Under the pieces are notes generated by a model. The model was not told the origin of the DNA and searched no databases. It worked only from the letters and a program-made list of their open reading frames with translations. From contig CAMDKJ010000001.1 of NCBI GenBank assembly GCA_945900705.1, positions 1 through 62,692 on the forward strand: a stretch of DNA of 62,692 bases, written 5' to 3'. A program made the translations under genes and the position numbers. This document shows, in pieces, positions 9,789 through 19,492 of this stretch (the first letter of the stretch is position 1; every line of letters begins with the position of its first letter). The DNA comes from Bifidobacterium breve. GTDB taxonomy: Bacteria; Actinomycetota; Actinomycetes; S36-B12.

Positions 9789-11450
9789 TTACTTCGGGGG
9801 CCCGACCGGGATACGCGCCGAAATGGGCCGCATGGTCTCGGCGAAGAAGTCATTACCTTTATCGTCGACAACAACAAAGGCGGGGAAGTCAACAACCTCG
9901 ATCCGCCATACGGCTTCCATGCCAAGCTCTGGGAAGTCGAGTACTTCAACCTTGGTGATGTTGTCCTGTGCTAGGCGCGCGGCCGGCCCACCAATTGACC
10001 CGAGATAAAACCCTCCGTTGGCCTTGCAGGCTTCGGTAACGGCTTTACTTCTATTGCCCTTCGCAAGCATGACGAATGAGCCACCAGCTTTTTGGAAAAG
10101 GTCGACGTAACCATCCATGCGGCCGGCAGTTGTTGGCCCGAATGAACCAGATACGTAACCTGCGGGAGTCTTTGCGGGGCCCGCGTAGTAGACCGCGTGA
10201 TGTCTGAAATAGTCAGGTAGTGGTTCGCCGCGATCCAGCATTGCCTTAATCCGCGCATGTGCTAAATCGCGCGCCACAATCAAGGAGCCGGTGAGCGATA
10301 CCCGAGTTTTGACCGGGAGTGCATGTAGTTGCGCCCGTAATTCATCCATTGGCACATCAAGATTAATTCGCACGACTTCGTTGTCGAGCGCCTTCTCCTC
10401 GATTTCTGGTAGGTAATGCGCTGGCTCACGTTCAAGCTCCTCAAGGAACACGCCCTCGGGGGTAATCTTTGCCAGTGCTTGGCGGTCGGCTGAACAGGAA
10501 ACAGCAATTGCGACCGGGCACGAAGCACCATGTCGGGGCAGACGAATAACTCTGACGTCATGACAGAAATACTTACCGCCGAATTGCGCCCCGATCCCGA
10601 ACTCCTGGGTCATCTTCCAGATCTCCTGCTCCATCGCAAGATCACGGAAACCATGGCCGGTAGGTGAACCGTGGACGGGCAGGGAGTCGTAGTAGCGGGC
10701 GCTCGCATACTTCGCGGTCTTGACCGCAAACTCTGCGCTAGTGCCACCGACAACAACCGCCAGGTGATACGGCGGGCAGGCGGCGGTGCCGATACTGCGG
10801 AGTTTCTCATCGAGGAAAGTTGCAAAGGACTCTGGATTTAATAAGGCGGCCGTTTCTTGATACAGAAAACTCTTATTCGCGCTACCGCCACCTTTGGCCA
10901 TGAAAAGAAACTCGTAGGAGGTTTCGTGGCCGGCATGATCATTTGTATAAATCTCGATTTGGGCGGGGAGATTGTTTCCTGTATTGCGTTCTTCCCACAT
11001 GGTTATTGGTGCCAGTTGGGAATAGCGCAAGTTCAGTTTTTGGAAAGCGTCGAAGATGCCAGCCGAGAGGTGCTCTGCATCCTCGCCGGTGGTTAAAACG
11101 TTTTTGCCACGCTTACCCATGACAATCGCGGTGCCGGTGTCCTGACACATTGGTAGTACTCCGCCGGCTGAGATATTCGCATTTTTGAGGAGATCCAAGG
11201 CGACGAAACGGTCATTGGGGCTGGCTTCTGGGTCCTTCAAAATCGACGCAAGTTGCTCGAGGTGCCCGGGGCGGAGCAGGTGCGAAATATCCTTTATGGC
11301 TTCATAAGCCAAGAGTCGAAGGGCTCCAGGGTCAACTTGCAAGAAGGTACGACCGTCGGCCGACACGCTAGAAACGCCTTCGGAAGTGATTAGCCGGTAT
11401 TTGGTGGTGTCTTCGCCGATGGGCAAGAGGTCTTGGTACTGAAAGTCCAT
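9789..11450 (-). CDS. Class I (Fe-S) fumarate hydratase
   Basis: Length is about 553 aa from [31 protein letters not shown] and GGPAARLA motifs are present. The longer track ORF (to 11594) would overlap glpX and is rejected. Confidence 0.9.
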   Translation of the reverse strand: MDFQYQDLLPIGEDTTKYRLITSEGVSSVSADGRTFLQVDPGALRLLAYEAIKDISHLLRPGHLEQLASILKDPEASPNDRFVALDLLKNANISAGGVLPMCQDTGTAIVMGKRGKNVLTTGEDAEHLSAGIFDAFQKLNLRYSQLAPITMWEERNTGNNLPAQIEIYTNDHAGHETSYEFLFMAKGGGSANKSFLYQETAALLNPESFATFLDEKLRSIGTAACPPYHLAVVVGGTSAEFAVKTAKYASARYYDSLPVHGSPTGHGFRDLAMEQEIWKMTQEFGIGAQFGGKYFCHDVRVIRLPRHGASCPVAIAVSCSADRQALAKITPEGVFLEELEREPAHYLPEIEEKALDNEVVRINLDVPMDELRAQLHALPVKTRVSLTGSLIVARDLAHARIKAMLDRGEPLPDYFRHHAVYYAGPAKTPAGYVSGSFGPTTAGRMDGYVDLFQKAGGSFVMLAKGNRSKAVTEACKANGGFYLGSIGGPAARLAQDNITKVEVLDFPELGMEAVWRIEVVDFPAFVVVDDKGNDFFAETMRPISARIPVGPPK

Positions 11451-11454
11451 GCCC

Positions 11455-12456
11455 TCAGAGTAGACCTTTGCTCCTTGGAGGTTTGGGGTGCTCACACTGT
11501 AATTCGCGGATGGTGCCGCTCTTGCTGCGCATGACGATCGAATGGGTGGTGGGGCCGTCTGGGCCGAAGTGGACGCCGCGGAGTAGATCGCCATCAGTGA
11601 TGCCCGTTGCGCAGAAGAAGATGTTGTCTCCGGTTACCAGATCATCGGTGGTTAAAACCCGGTCAAGATCGTGGCCGGCATCAAGGGCCTTGCGGCGCTC
11701 AGCGTCATCGCGCGGCCAAAGGCGAGCCTGAATTGTGCCGCCGAGGCACGCCATTGCGCAGGCCGCGATGATTCCTTCGGGAGTGCCACCTATCCCGGCG
11801 AGCAGATCAACACCGGTACCTGGTCGAGCGGCCATAATGGCGCCGGCTACGTCACCGTCGGTAATGAATTTGATTCGGGCACCCGCCTTGCGGACATCGT
11901 CCACAAGTTTTTCGTGCCTCGGGCGATCAAGTATGCAAACGGTCAAGTCTGCGACGCTCTCACCTTTGCGCTTTGCTAACTGTTCTAGGTTCCAGGCGAT
12001 GGGAGCGGTGATGTCGATTACATCGCCGCATTGGGGGCCGACCACGAGCTTGTCCATATAGAAGACCGCACTTGGGTCAAACATGGCCCCGCGCTCTGCC
12101 ACGGCGATAACCGCGATGGCATTGGGCATCCCTTTCGCCGCCAATGTGGTGCCATCGATCGGGTCAACCGCAACATCGGCTTCTGGGCCGGTGCCATCGC
12201 CCACGCGCTCACCGTTGAAAAGCATCGGGGCATCATCTTTTTCGCCTTCGCCGATGACGACGACGCCGTTCATCGACACACTTCCGATCAAAGAGCGCAT
12301 AGCGTTGACAGCGGCTGCATCGGCGCCATTTTTATCTCCTCGACCGACCCACCTGGCGGCGGCTATAGCAGCGGTTTCGGTAACGCGAACCAATTCCAAT
12401 GCAAGGTTGCGGTCAGGGACTTCGCCGCTGGTGACCAAGGCGCTCGGACCGCTCAT
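11455..12456 (-). CDS. glpX: Class II fructose-1,6-bisphosphatase GlpX
   Basis: [51 protein letters not shown] and DPIDGTT are GlpX hallmarks. The ATG at 12456 has a GGAG upstream. An alternative GTG lies at 12468. Confidence 0.9.
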   Translation of the reverse strand: MSGPSALVTSGEVPDRNLALELVRVTETAAIAAARWVGRGDKNGADAAAVNAMRSLIGSVSMNGVVVIGEGEKDDAPMLFNGERVGDGTGPEADVAVDPIDGTTLAAKGMPNAIAVIAVAERGAMFDPSAVFYMDKLVVGPQCGDVIDITAPIAWNLEQLAKRKGESVADLTVCILDRPRHEKLVDDVRKAGARIKFITDGDVAGAIMAARPGTGVDLLAGIGGTPEGIIAACAMACLGGTIQARLWPRDDAERRKALDAGHDLDRVLTTDDLVTGDNIFFCATGITDGDLLRGVHFGPDGPTTHSIVMRSKSGTIRELQCEHPKPPRSKGLL

Positions 12457-12531
12457 ATGGGGCTCCACGCGGTGAGCCTAGCGGTTTGGCACGGTGCGTT
12501 CGCGCCTGAACTCTGAATGCAGCATCATTAA

Positions 12532-13080
12532 GTGGTGACCACCCCTAAGCCAACCGGGCGACCCAATGCACGGATGCGCCAAACCGTGGGAGACATGGTT
12601 CGGTCGATGGGTTTGGTGCTGGCCCTGATCGCGGTAATTTTGCTGGTAACGCTCCGGCCGCAACCGGATGCGGTCAAAGTGGTGGACCCGACCCAGGTGC
12701 TGATCGCCGCCAAGGCACTGGCGCCCTTTGCTGTCGAGATTCCCGAGGGCCTAGCGGGTTATCAGGTGACCAGTGCGAGGTGGCAGGAGACTTCGGCGTC
12801 GGCTGGTGATCTAGTACTGCACCTCGGTTACGTGACCCCGGGTACTGAGTATGTGCAATTTAGCCAATCTGCAGCTGGCAACCTGAAATTCATTGATGAG
12901 CAAACATCCGGTGGAATCGCGACTGATCAAGTCACGCTGGCCGGCCAGACCTGGCAGCATTACGAATCCCCTGAACGTCGGTCATTGGTGCGCACGGTAA
13001 ACGGGGTAACCACGGTAATCAGTGGCACCACCACCCAAGGTGAACTTGAGCGAGTTGCGAGCTCGTTGACCGCTGGCTAG
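12532..13080 (+). CDS. DUF4245-like membrane-anchored protein
   Basis: It has a basic N-terminus and one TM helix. Its position divergent from glpX matches the conserved actinobacterial arrangement. Confidence 0.65.
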   Translation: MVTTPKPTGRPNARMRQTVGDMVRSMGLVLALIAVILLVTLRPQPDAVKVVDPTQVLIAAKALAPFAVEIPEGLAGYQVTSARWQETSASAGDLVLHLGYVTPGTEYVQFSQSAAGNLKFIDEQTSGGIATDQVTLAGQTWQHYESPERRSLVRTVNGVTTVISGTTTQGELERVASSLTAG

Positions 13081-13289
13081 TCGGGAGCCTTGGCCTGTTC
13101 GAGTCGGGCGCGAGTGGTGTCGAGCCAGCCTTGACACACAGCTGCCAGCGCTTCGCCGCGTTCCCAGAGTGCTAATGACTCTTCCAGGGTGAGCCCCCCG
13201 GCCTCGAGTTGCTGCACAATTTTCGCGAGTTCATCACGTGAGGCTTCAAAACTTGGGATTTGGGCTTCATCTGACTTCTTTGCGGTCAT
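13077..13289 (-). CDS. xseB: Exodeoxyribonuclease VII small subunit
   Basis: 70 aa. FEASRDELAKIVQQLEAGGLTLEESLALWERGEAL is the XseB helical hairpin. The start overlaps the xseA stop. Confidence 0.85.
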   Translation of the reverse strand: MTAKKSDEAQIPSFEASRDELAKIVQQLEAGGLTLEESLALWERGEALAAVCQGWLDTTRARLEQAKAPD

Positions 13290-14434
13290 CGGGTCTCCTT
13301 AATTCGAGTTGCGGCAAAGCGCCCCTTGGCTAAACGGATGTCGACGATTTGCTCGTCCTTTACTTGCGATTCATCACGAACAATCGAACCGTCACCGGCA
13401 AGGACGATTGCGTAGCCGCGATCAAGGGTTGCCGCCGGTGATAGTGAACGAACCTGTGCGGCTAGATGCGCTATCCGAGTTGCCGATCGTTCAACTATAT
13501 GGCTGATCACCGTTGTCATCCGGCGGCGGTGATCGCGAATTTGCGTGGCTTCGCGCTCGAATTGATTTGCCACCGACACTCTTGCGCGATTGCGCAGACC
13601 ATTAACTATCGACTCCTGCTCAACGAGTGAGGGTACTACCCGTTTGGCGGCATCGGTTGGGGTTGATGCGCGTAGGTCTGCGACGAAATCCAAGAGTGGA
13701 GCGTCTTGCTCGTGGCCGATGGCGCTGACAATTGGTGAGCGGCAATTGCTGACCGCGCGAACTAGGCTCTCATTGCTGAATGGGAGCAGGTCCTCGACGC
13801 TGCCACCACCGCGAGTGATGATGATTACGTCAACCTCTGCAATTGCTTCAAGTTCTTGTAGCGCGCCGATCACCTCGGGTACGCATTGCATACCTTGCAC
13901 CGCGACTTCGCGGATCTCGAACTCGATGCCGGGCCAACGTTCGGAGGCATTAACTGTGACATCGTGCATCGCCGCGCTTCCGCGCCCGCAAATTAGTCCA
14001 ATTTTACGGGGCAGGAACGGCAGCGGTTTCTTCCGCTCTGCCGCGAACAACCCTTCGGCGGCGAGCAAGGCGCGCAGGCGCTCGAGTTGGGCTAGGAGGT
14101 CTCCGATCCCGACGGCGCGAATTTGTTTGGCCCGAAACTGCAGGCTCCCTTTGCCGGTATAGAACTCCGGCTGCGCGAACACGATGATCCGTTGCCCGGC
14201 TGCTACCGGTGGCTCCACGGCTCCGAGCACTTTCGCGTCGGCCACGATGGTGATCGACATCTCGACGTCGGGGTCACGTAATGTCAAATAGAACTGCCGG
14301 GCTCCTGGGCGCGGGCGGTACTCGGCGACCTGGCCATCGATCCAGATTGCCCCTAGGCGCCCAACCCACTCAGCAACCGCCCGCGAGACAGTGCGGACGG
14401 CCGCCGGTTCCTCCGGGGTGGTCTGCAGTGCCAT
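13286..14434 (-). CDS. xseA: Exodeoxyribonuclease VII large subunit
   Basis: OB-fold N-terminus (WIDGQVAEYR), RGGGSVEDLLPFN and SAIGHEQD motifs. Confidence 0.9.
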   Translation of the reverse strand: MALQTTPEEPAAVRTVSRAVAEWVGRLGAIWIDGQVAEYRPRPGARQFYLTLRDPDVEMSITIVADAKVLGAVEPPVAAGQRIIVFAQPEFYTGKGSLQFRAKQIRAVGIGDLLAQLERLRALLAAEGLFAAERKKPLPFLPRKIGLICGRGSAAMHDVTVNASERWPGIEFEIREVAVQGMQCVPEVIGALQELEAIAEVDVIIITRGGGSVEDLLPFSNESLVRAVSNCRSPIVSAIGHEQDAPLLDFVADLRASTPTDAAKRVVPSLVEQESIVNGLRNRARVSVANQFEREATQIRDHRRRMTTVISHIVERSATRIAHLAAQVRSLSPAATLDRGYAIVLAGDGSIVRDESQVKDEQIVDIRLAKGRFAATRIKETR

Positions 14435-14495
14435 TTGGCCTCCTTTACCAGCAGCAGCCTAAGCAGGGTTAGCCTCGGCCTCGTACGATGGAGGG

Positions 14496-15467
14496 GTGGA
14501 TAACCCGACTAAGAAGATTCTGCTGGCATCCCCACGCGGCTATTGCGCCGGTGTCGACCGCGCGGTGGTTACCGTCGAAAAGGCGCTTGAACTTTATGGC
14601 CCCCCGGTTTATGTGCGTAAGGAGATCGTTCACAACAAGCATGTTGTCCAAGATCTGCAAGGGCGCGGTGCCATTTTCGTTGATGAGTTGGATGAAGTGC
14701 CCGAGGGCTCAACCGTGGTTTTTTCGGCGCACGGGGTAGCACCGAGTGTGCATGTAGAAGCCGCTGAGCGGGGTTTGAAAGCCATCGATGCCACCTGCCC
14801 ACTTGTTACGAAGGTGCATGCAGAAGTCAAGCGGTTCGCCAGCGAAGGTTTTCAAATCCTGCTAGTCGGACATAATGATCACGAGGAGGTCGTGGGTACG
14901 GCCGGTGAAGCCCCCGACGTCATCACGGTGGTGCAAGACGCTAACGAGGCAGCCACAGTTGAGGTGGCTGATTCATCGAAACTGATTTGGCTTTCGCAAA
15001 CAACATTATCTGTTGACGAAGCCATGGCGACCGTCGATGTTTTGAAGTCAAGGTTTCCGAATTTACTTAGCCCACCGAGTGACGATATTTGCTACGCCAC
15101 CCAAAATCGTCAGCTAGCCGTAAAAGCTATGGCTGAACAATGTGATGTTGTCATTGTTGTTGGCTCTGTGAACTCTTCGAATTCGGTGCGCCTGGTCGAG
15201 GTCGCCTTGGACGCAGGTGCCAAGAATTCGTATCGGGTTGATGATGCATCCGAGTTGCAGGAGGAGTGGTTCACCGCAACAAGTACCGTCGGAGTTACCA
15301 GCGGTGCTTCGGTACCTGAGCAACTTGTGGAAGAAGTACTGGTCTGGCTGGCCGCTCGCGGGTACGGGTCGGTTGAAGTCGTGAAAACCGCCGAAGAGAC
15401 ATTAATCTTCTCGTTGCCGCCGGAGTTGCGCCGCGATATTAAGGCGGCTCAGCAAGCAAAAGCTTGA
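14496..15467 (+). CDS. ispH: 4-hydroxy-3-methylbut-2-enyl diphosphate reductase
   Basis: [28 protein letters not shown] and the Q..LS... motifs. A GGAGGGG Shine-Dalgarno (SD) lies before the GTG start. Confidence 0.95.
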   Translation: MDNPTKKILLASPRGYCAGVDRAVVTVEKALELYGPPVYVRKEIVHNKHVVQDLQGRGAIFVDELDEVPEGSTVVFSAHGVAPSVHVEAAERGLKAIDATCPLVTKVHAEVKRFASEGFQILLVGHNDHEEVVGTAGEAPDVITVVQDANEAATVEVADSSKLIWLSQTTLSVDEAMATVDVLKSRFPNLLSPPSDDICYATQNRQLAVKAMAEQCDVVIVVGSVNSSNSVRLVEVALDAGAKNSYRVDDASELQEEWFTATSTVGVTSGASVPEQLVEEVLVWLAARGYGSVEVVKTAEETLIFSLPPELRRDIKAAQQAKA

Positions 15468-15475
15468 TAAGTAGA

Positions 15476-16225
15476 TCAGCGGCGCTGTGCGCGCACGATC
15501 ACGATGGCCAGGGCTATCAGGGTTGAGACAATAACCCAGAGCCAGTTATCAGCCAGGGTGAAGAACACTGTTACGCCGCGGCCGATGAGCGCGCCTCCGG
15601 TGATGGTGACACCGATTTGGCCAATGGTGATTGCAGCGATGAAGAATGCAATCGGCGGTGCGATAACGGCTACGGCTAGATCACCGGTGCGGACGGTCAA
15701 TGCTGCAAATGCACTTGAGATCAGCAGACCCAGCCCGGTAACCAGACCTAGGCCGGCGCCACCCACGAATATATCTACGAGGCTAAATAGCAAGGTCGCC
15801 CCGATGACCACCGCGTAAACACCGACCGGCCGAAGCCCGCGAGCACGTGGTGCGGAATCTGAGTTGCGGAAACTGCGGCGGGCTTTGCGCCCGTTCGGTT
15901 CATCGAGCACTTTGACGGCTGGTGTTTGCGCGTCGGGAGTTATTGCAATGACAACTGGTGCCACGCGGGTGGAGGTTGGTGGTAGCAGCCCAGCAAGGGG
16001 TGCGGGTGCATTCGAAAATGGCGGTACCTCACTGCTGCTGACCTGCAGGGTGCGCAACTTGGACACTTGATCTGTACCAAGTGCCACAATCGCCACCGCC
16101 GAACTCTCGGACCGGTTGGTTCGAAAGAGTCGGCCGGTGTCAACCGGTGCCGACGGCACGCTATCAACCGGTCGGAACAAGGCGCGGTAAGCCTCGTCCT
16201 CGGCTGGGTTCATGTCGTCGCTCAC
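15476..16225 (-). CDS. Hypothetical membrane protein (disordered N-terminal half, about 4 TM helices)
   Basis: The ORF has a Pro/Ser-rich N-terminal half and a hydrophobic C-terminal half. It sits between ispH and rmuC, as conserved actinobacterial membrane proteins do. No family assignment is possible from the sequence alone. Confidence 0.55.
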   Translation of the reverse strand: MSDDMNPAEDEAYRALFRPVDSVPSAPVDTGRLFRTNRSESSAVAIVALGTDQVSKLRTLQVSSSEVPPFSNAPAPLAGLLPPTSTRVAPVVIAITPDAQTPAVKVLDEPNGRKARRSFRNSDSAPRARGLRPVGVYAVVIGATLLFSLVDIFVGGAGLGLVTGLGLLISSAFAALTVRTGDLAVAVIAPPIAFFIAAITIGQIGVTITGGALIGRGVTVFFTLADNWLWVIVSTLIALAIVIVRAQRR

Positions 16226-16238
16226 GGATGTACGGTAC

Positions 16239-17357
16239 TCAACTAGCCAGGTGATTTGTGGTCACCGGGTCGCCGATGAACTCGCGCGCCGTTAAGGAGC
16301 GTGCTTGCTGGGTGATGGTGGCGACTTCGGGGAGCTCGTCATCGCTCACCCCATACTCATTAAAGGCTCTGGCGGTGACCAGCACGCGGGTTTCGAGTGA
16401 AGCCACGGCCTTGTTGTAGTGCCCGACAGCGGAGTCAAGGGCGGTGCCAACTTTGGCGAAATGCTGGGCCAAGGTGGTGATGCGCGAGTGCAGGTCGCGC
16501 CCGAGCTGGGAGATCTCCTCGGCATTTTTGGCCAGCCGCTCTTGGCGCCAGGTCAGTGCAACGGTGCGCATGAGCGCGAACATCGTGGTTGGTGTGGCCG
16601 GCACGATATCGCGACTAAATGCATAGTCGAGGAGATCGGGACGCATCTGTAGTGCTATTTCAAGGAGTGACTCTGATGGGAGAAACAGGACCACGAACTC
16701 CGCGTTCTGTGGCACGTGCCGGCGGTAATCCTTGCCATGGAGTGAGTCGATGTGGCGGATTACGTCAGCGGCATGCTGGCGCAGGTGCTGTTCAACGGTG
16801 GCCTCATCTGTTGCCTGTTCTGCTTCGAGAAATGCGGCAAGGGGCACCTTGGCGTCTACCACGATGGAGCGATCGCCGGCAAGTCGAATTACCATGTCGG
16901 GGCGTAGTGCACCGTCGTCGCCTCGGTGGGTGGACTGCTCATCGAAGTCAACTCTTTCGAGCATCCCGGCGGCTTCAACAAGGCGCCGCAACTGCATCTC
17001 ACCCCAGCGCCCACGCGCCCCGGTGCGCCCGAGAACTGCAGCGAGCCGCGAGGCTTCGCGCCGCACCTCCTCGGTGGAGCGCTGCAGCGTCAGCACGTGC
17101 TGGCTTAGTTGTGTAGTGAGTTCAGTGCGCAAGGCGACTTGGCCGGTAGTGGCTTGTCGTTCTTGCCGAGCGACCTGTTCGGCGAGGGCCCCGAGCGAGG
17201 CGGTGACCGGGGCCAGGGCCGACTGCCATTCGGCGGTAGCCGGGCCCGAGCGCCGGGCCATGCGGCTGGCGGCTGCGGCGCCAACGGCAATGCCCAGGGC
17301 AAGGATGAGCCCGATGGTGATGATGACTGCTGCGAGTGCGGGAAGTGAGTTAGTCAT
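16239..17357 (-). CDS. rmuC: DNA recombination protein RmuC
   Basis: N-terminal TM helix, long coiled coil, and an RmuC nuclease-like C-terminus (RPDMVIRL...VVDAKVPL...EFVVLFLPSE). Confidence 0.85.
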   Translation of the reverse strand: MTNSLPALAAVIITIGLILALGIAVGAAAASRMARRSGPATAEWQSALAPVTASLGALAEQVARQERQATTGQVALRTELTTQLSQHVLTLQRSTEEVRREASRLAAVLGRTGARGRWGEMQLRRLVEAAGMLERVDFDEQSTHRGDDGALRPDMVIRLAGDRSIVVDAKVPLAAFLEAEQATDEATVEQHLRQHAADVIRHIDSLHGKDYRRHVPQNAEFVVLFLPSESLLEIALQMRPDLLDYAFSRDIVPATPTTMFALMRTVALTWRQERLAKNAEEISQLGRDLHSRITTLAQHFAKVGTALDSAVGHYNKAVASLETRVLVTARAFNEYGVSDDELPEVATITQQARSLTAREFIGDPVTTNHLAS

Positions 17358-17478
17358 GATTTAAGGGTCCCAGCAGGGTCTGACATTCCTTGGTTTCGAC
17401 ACCTTTACCTTCGCTTTTCAGCAGATTCCATGGGCCATGGGAAGTGGCCCCGGTGCCCGGCGCATAGGGTGACCGACT

Positions 17479-18552
17479 GTGGCTTTAACCATTGGCATCG
17501 TCGGACTCCCAAATGTTGGCAAATCGACGCTCTTCAACGCGCTGACCAAAAACGACGTGCTGGCCGCCAATTACCCATTCGCGACCATTGAGCCGAACAC
17601 GGGTGTCGTGGGTGTGCCCGATCCGCGCCTTGGCGTCCTAGCCAAGATCTTCGGCTCTGAACGCGAGTTGCCAGCAGCCGTGACTTTCGTCGACATCGCC
17701 GGCATCGTCAAAGGAGCGAGTGAAGGCGCTGGCCTCGGCAACAAGTTCCTGGCCAATATCCGCGAGTCAGAAGCTATCTGCCAGGTGCTCCGGGCATTTC
17801 ACGACGATGACGTGGTGCACGTCGAAGGTCGGGTGTCTCCCGAAGAGGATATGGAGACCATCAATACCGAATTAATCTTGGCTGATATACAAACACTCGA
17901 CAAAGCCATCCCGCGGTTGGAAAAAGAAGCCCGTACCGATAAATCGAAAGCAGCCAATCTTGCTGCCGCTCAAGAGGCGCGGGCACTACTGGATGGCGGC
18001 ACCACTATTTTTGCATCGGGTATCGATAGCGCGCCGCTGCGCGAGTTGTTCTTGCTGACCGCTAAGCCATTTCTTTACGTAATAAATGTTGATGAAGAAG
18101 AACTTGCAGACGTTGCTTTTCAGCAGAGGATGCGTGACCTAGTTGCGCCGGCGGAGGCCGTCTTCCTTGACGCCAAGCTCGAAGCGGAACTTGTTGAACT
18201 GCCAGATGATGAAGCACTTGAGTTGTTGCAGTCTGTCGGTCAGGTTGAATCAGGATTACATGCGTTAGCGCGCGTAGGGTTTGCCACCTTGGGTCTGCAG
18301 ACTTACCTGACCGCCGGACCGAAAGAGGCCCGCGCCTGGACGATCCCGGTGGGTGCAACGGCGCCAGAAGCAGCCGGCGTGATCCACACCGACTTCCAGA
18401 AGGGCTTCATCAAGGCTGAAGTTGTCTCCTTCGATGACCTAGTGGCAACTGGTTCGATGGCTGAAGCCAAGGCCAAGGGCAAAGTTCGCATCGAAGGCAA
18501 GGAATATGTCATGGCCGATGGTGACGTGGTCGAGTTTCGCTTCAATGTCTAG
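17479..18552 (+). CDS. ychF: Redox-regulated ATPase YchF
   Basis: GIVGLPNVGKSTLFNALT, DIAGIVKGAS and the TGS C-terminus (IHTDFQKGFIKAEV). Length is 357 aa. Confidence 0.95.
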   Translation: MALTIGIVGLPNVGKSTLFNALTKNDVLAANYPFATIEPNTGVVGVPDPRLGVLAKIFGSERELPAAVTFVDIAGIVKGASEGAGLGNKFLANIRESEAICQVLRAFHDDDVVHVEGRVSPEEDMETINTELILADIQTLDKAIPRLEKEARTDKSKAANLAAAQEARALLDGGTTIFASGIDSAPLRELFLLTAKPFLYVINVDEEELADVAFQQRMRDLVAPAEAVFLDAKLEAELVELPDDEALELLQSVGQVESGLHALARVGFATLGLQTYLTAGPKEARAWTIPVGATAPEAAGVIHTDFQKGFIKAEVVSFDDLVATGSMAEAKAKGKVRIEGKEYVMADGDVVEFRFNV

Positions 18553-18961
18553 CCCGACGACACGGTTACACGGAGTCACTGTCCTCGTTGATGACTATGA
18601 CGAGGCGATAGCGCACTTCGTCGGTGATCTGGGATTCCACCTCGTCGAGGACACGAACTTGGGAGGCGGAAAGCGCTGGGTCCGGGTCGCACCGGATCCC
18701 GAAGGCGGACCTGCGCTGCTACTGGCCGTTGCGTCGACAGCTGAGCAGCGCGCCGCCATCGGCAGGCAGGCAGGTGGACTCGTTGGCTTCTTTATTCACA
18801 CGACCGACTTCGCGGCTCAGTACGCCCGCCTAGTTGAGCGTGGCGTTTGCATGACCGAAGAGCCCCGCCTCGAGCCCTACGGCACCGTGGTCGTATTTGA
18901 AGACCGCTATGGCAACCGCTGGGATCTCATCCAACCTGTCGGCGGTCATGGCGGTCGGTGA
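18545..18961 (+). CDS. VOC (glyoxalase/bleomycin-resistance) family protein
   Basis: HGVTVLVDDYDEAIAHFVGDLGF...FEDRYGNRWDL is a typical beta-alpha-beta-beta-beta module. The ATG at 18545 overlaps the ychF stop. Confidence 0.75.
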   Translation: MSSPTTRLHGVTVLVDDYDEAIAHFVGDLGFHLVEDTNLGGGKRWVRVAPDPEGGPALLLAVASTAEQRAAIGRQAGGLVGFFIHTTDFAAQYARLVERGVCMTEEPRLEPYGTVVVFEDRYGNRWDLIQPVGGHGGR

Positions 18962-19055
18962 AGCGACGTCGTCGAGTTCTACTGATATCAGTTTGACTTC
19001 AGATTCTTCAAAGCCTAATTACGTGAAAATTTCCGCACCAGTTCGGCAAGCAACC

Positions 19056-19083
19056 GGCCCCGGACCAACAGCGGTCAGGGGCC
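19056..19083. terminator. GC-rich hairpin between convergent genes (possible bidirectional terminator, no U-tract)
   Basis: ggccccggacc / ggtcaggggcc form an 11-bp stem with one mismatch and a 6-nt loop. The hairpin sits between the VOC gene end and the small minus-strand ORF. Confidence 0.25.
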
Positions 19084-19126
19084 GGCGACAGGGTTTAAAC
19101 ACCCCACCTAGTGGTAGGGAACGGTT

Positions 19127-19297
19127 CTACTCTTCATTACCCTCAAAGCAATAGCCTATGATTTTAGAGTTCACCATAGGGGCGATACCGAGTAGGGTGC
19201 CGCCGATACCGGCCACACCGGGCCGCACCCAACCAACACCGAGTGCGAGCCGATCAGTTGGCGCTGAACTTACTGGTGTAGCAATATTAATATTTGG
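19127..19297 (-). CDS. Hypothetical 56-aa glycine-rich peptide
   Basis: MPNINIATPVSSAPTDRLALGVGWVRPGVAGIGGTLLGIAPMVNSKIIGYCFEGNEE. A GGAG lies 6 nt upstream of the ATG. It sits in an AT-richer spacer. I recognise no family. Confidence 0.25.
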   Translation of the reverse strand, partial: PNINIATPVSSAPTDRLALGVGWVRPGVAGIGGTLLGIAPMVNSKIIGYCFEGNEE

Positions 19298-19492
19298 CAT
19301 TTCATGCTCCATTGGGTCAACGGGCCAGTAATCAAGCGAGCACCTGTGAATAATGGTGAAACTCGGCTGCCCTAAAACCAAGGGATTAGCGAGATTTTCT
19401 GCCCGGCGCCTCTATGCCAAGACCTATCCCAAGTAAGCGCCCCCAATTCCTGTGGAATGAAATAAGTGGCTAATCAGCTAAGGACCTCGTCG

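Noticed and set aside
11451-11594. N-terminal extension of the fumarate hydratase ORF
   Set aside because: It would overlap the glpX 3' end by about 140 nt. [12 protein letters not shown] is a typical class I fumarase start.
16732-17364. 210-aa plus-strand ORF antisense to rmuC. Similar long antisense ORFs occur at 44326-44979, 56047-56847, 38934-39551, 59255-59809 and 52408-52932.
   Set aside because: These are typical high-GC shadow ORFs: Arg/Ser/Ala/Pro-rich, with no motifs, each fully inside a well-supported gene on the other strand.
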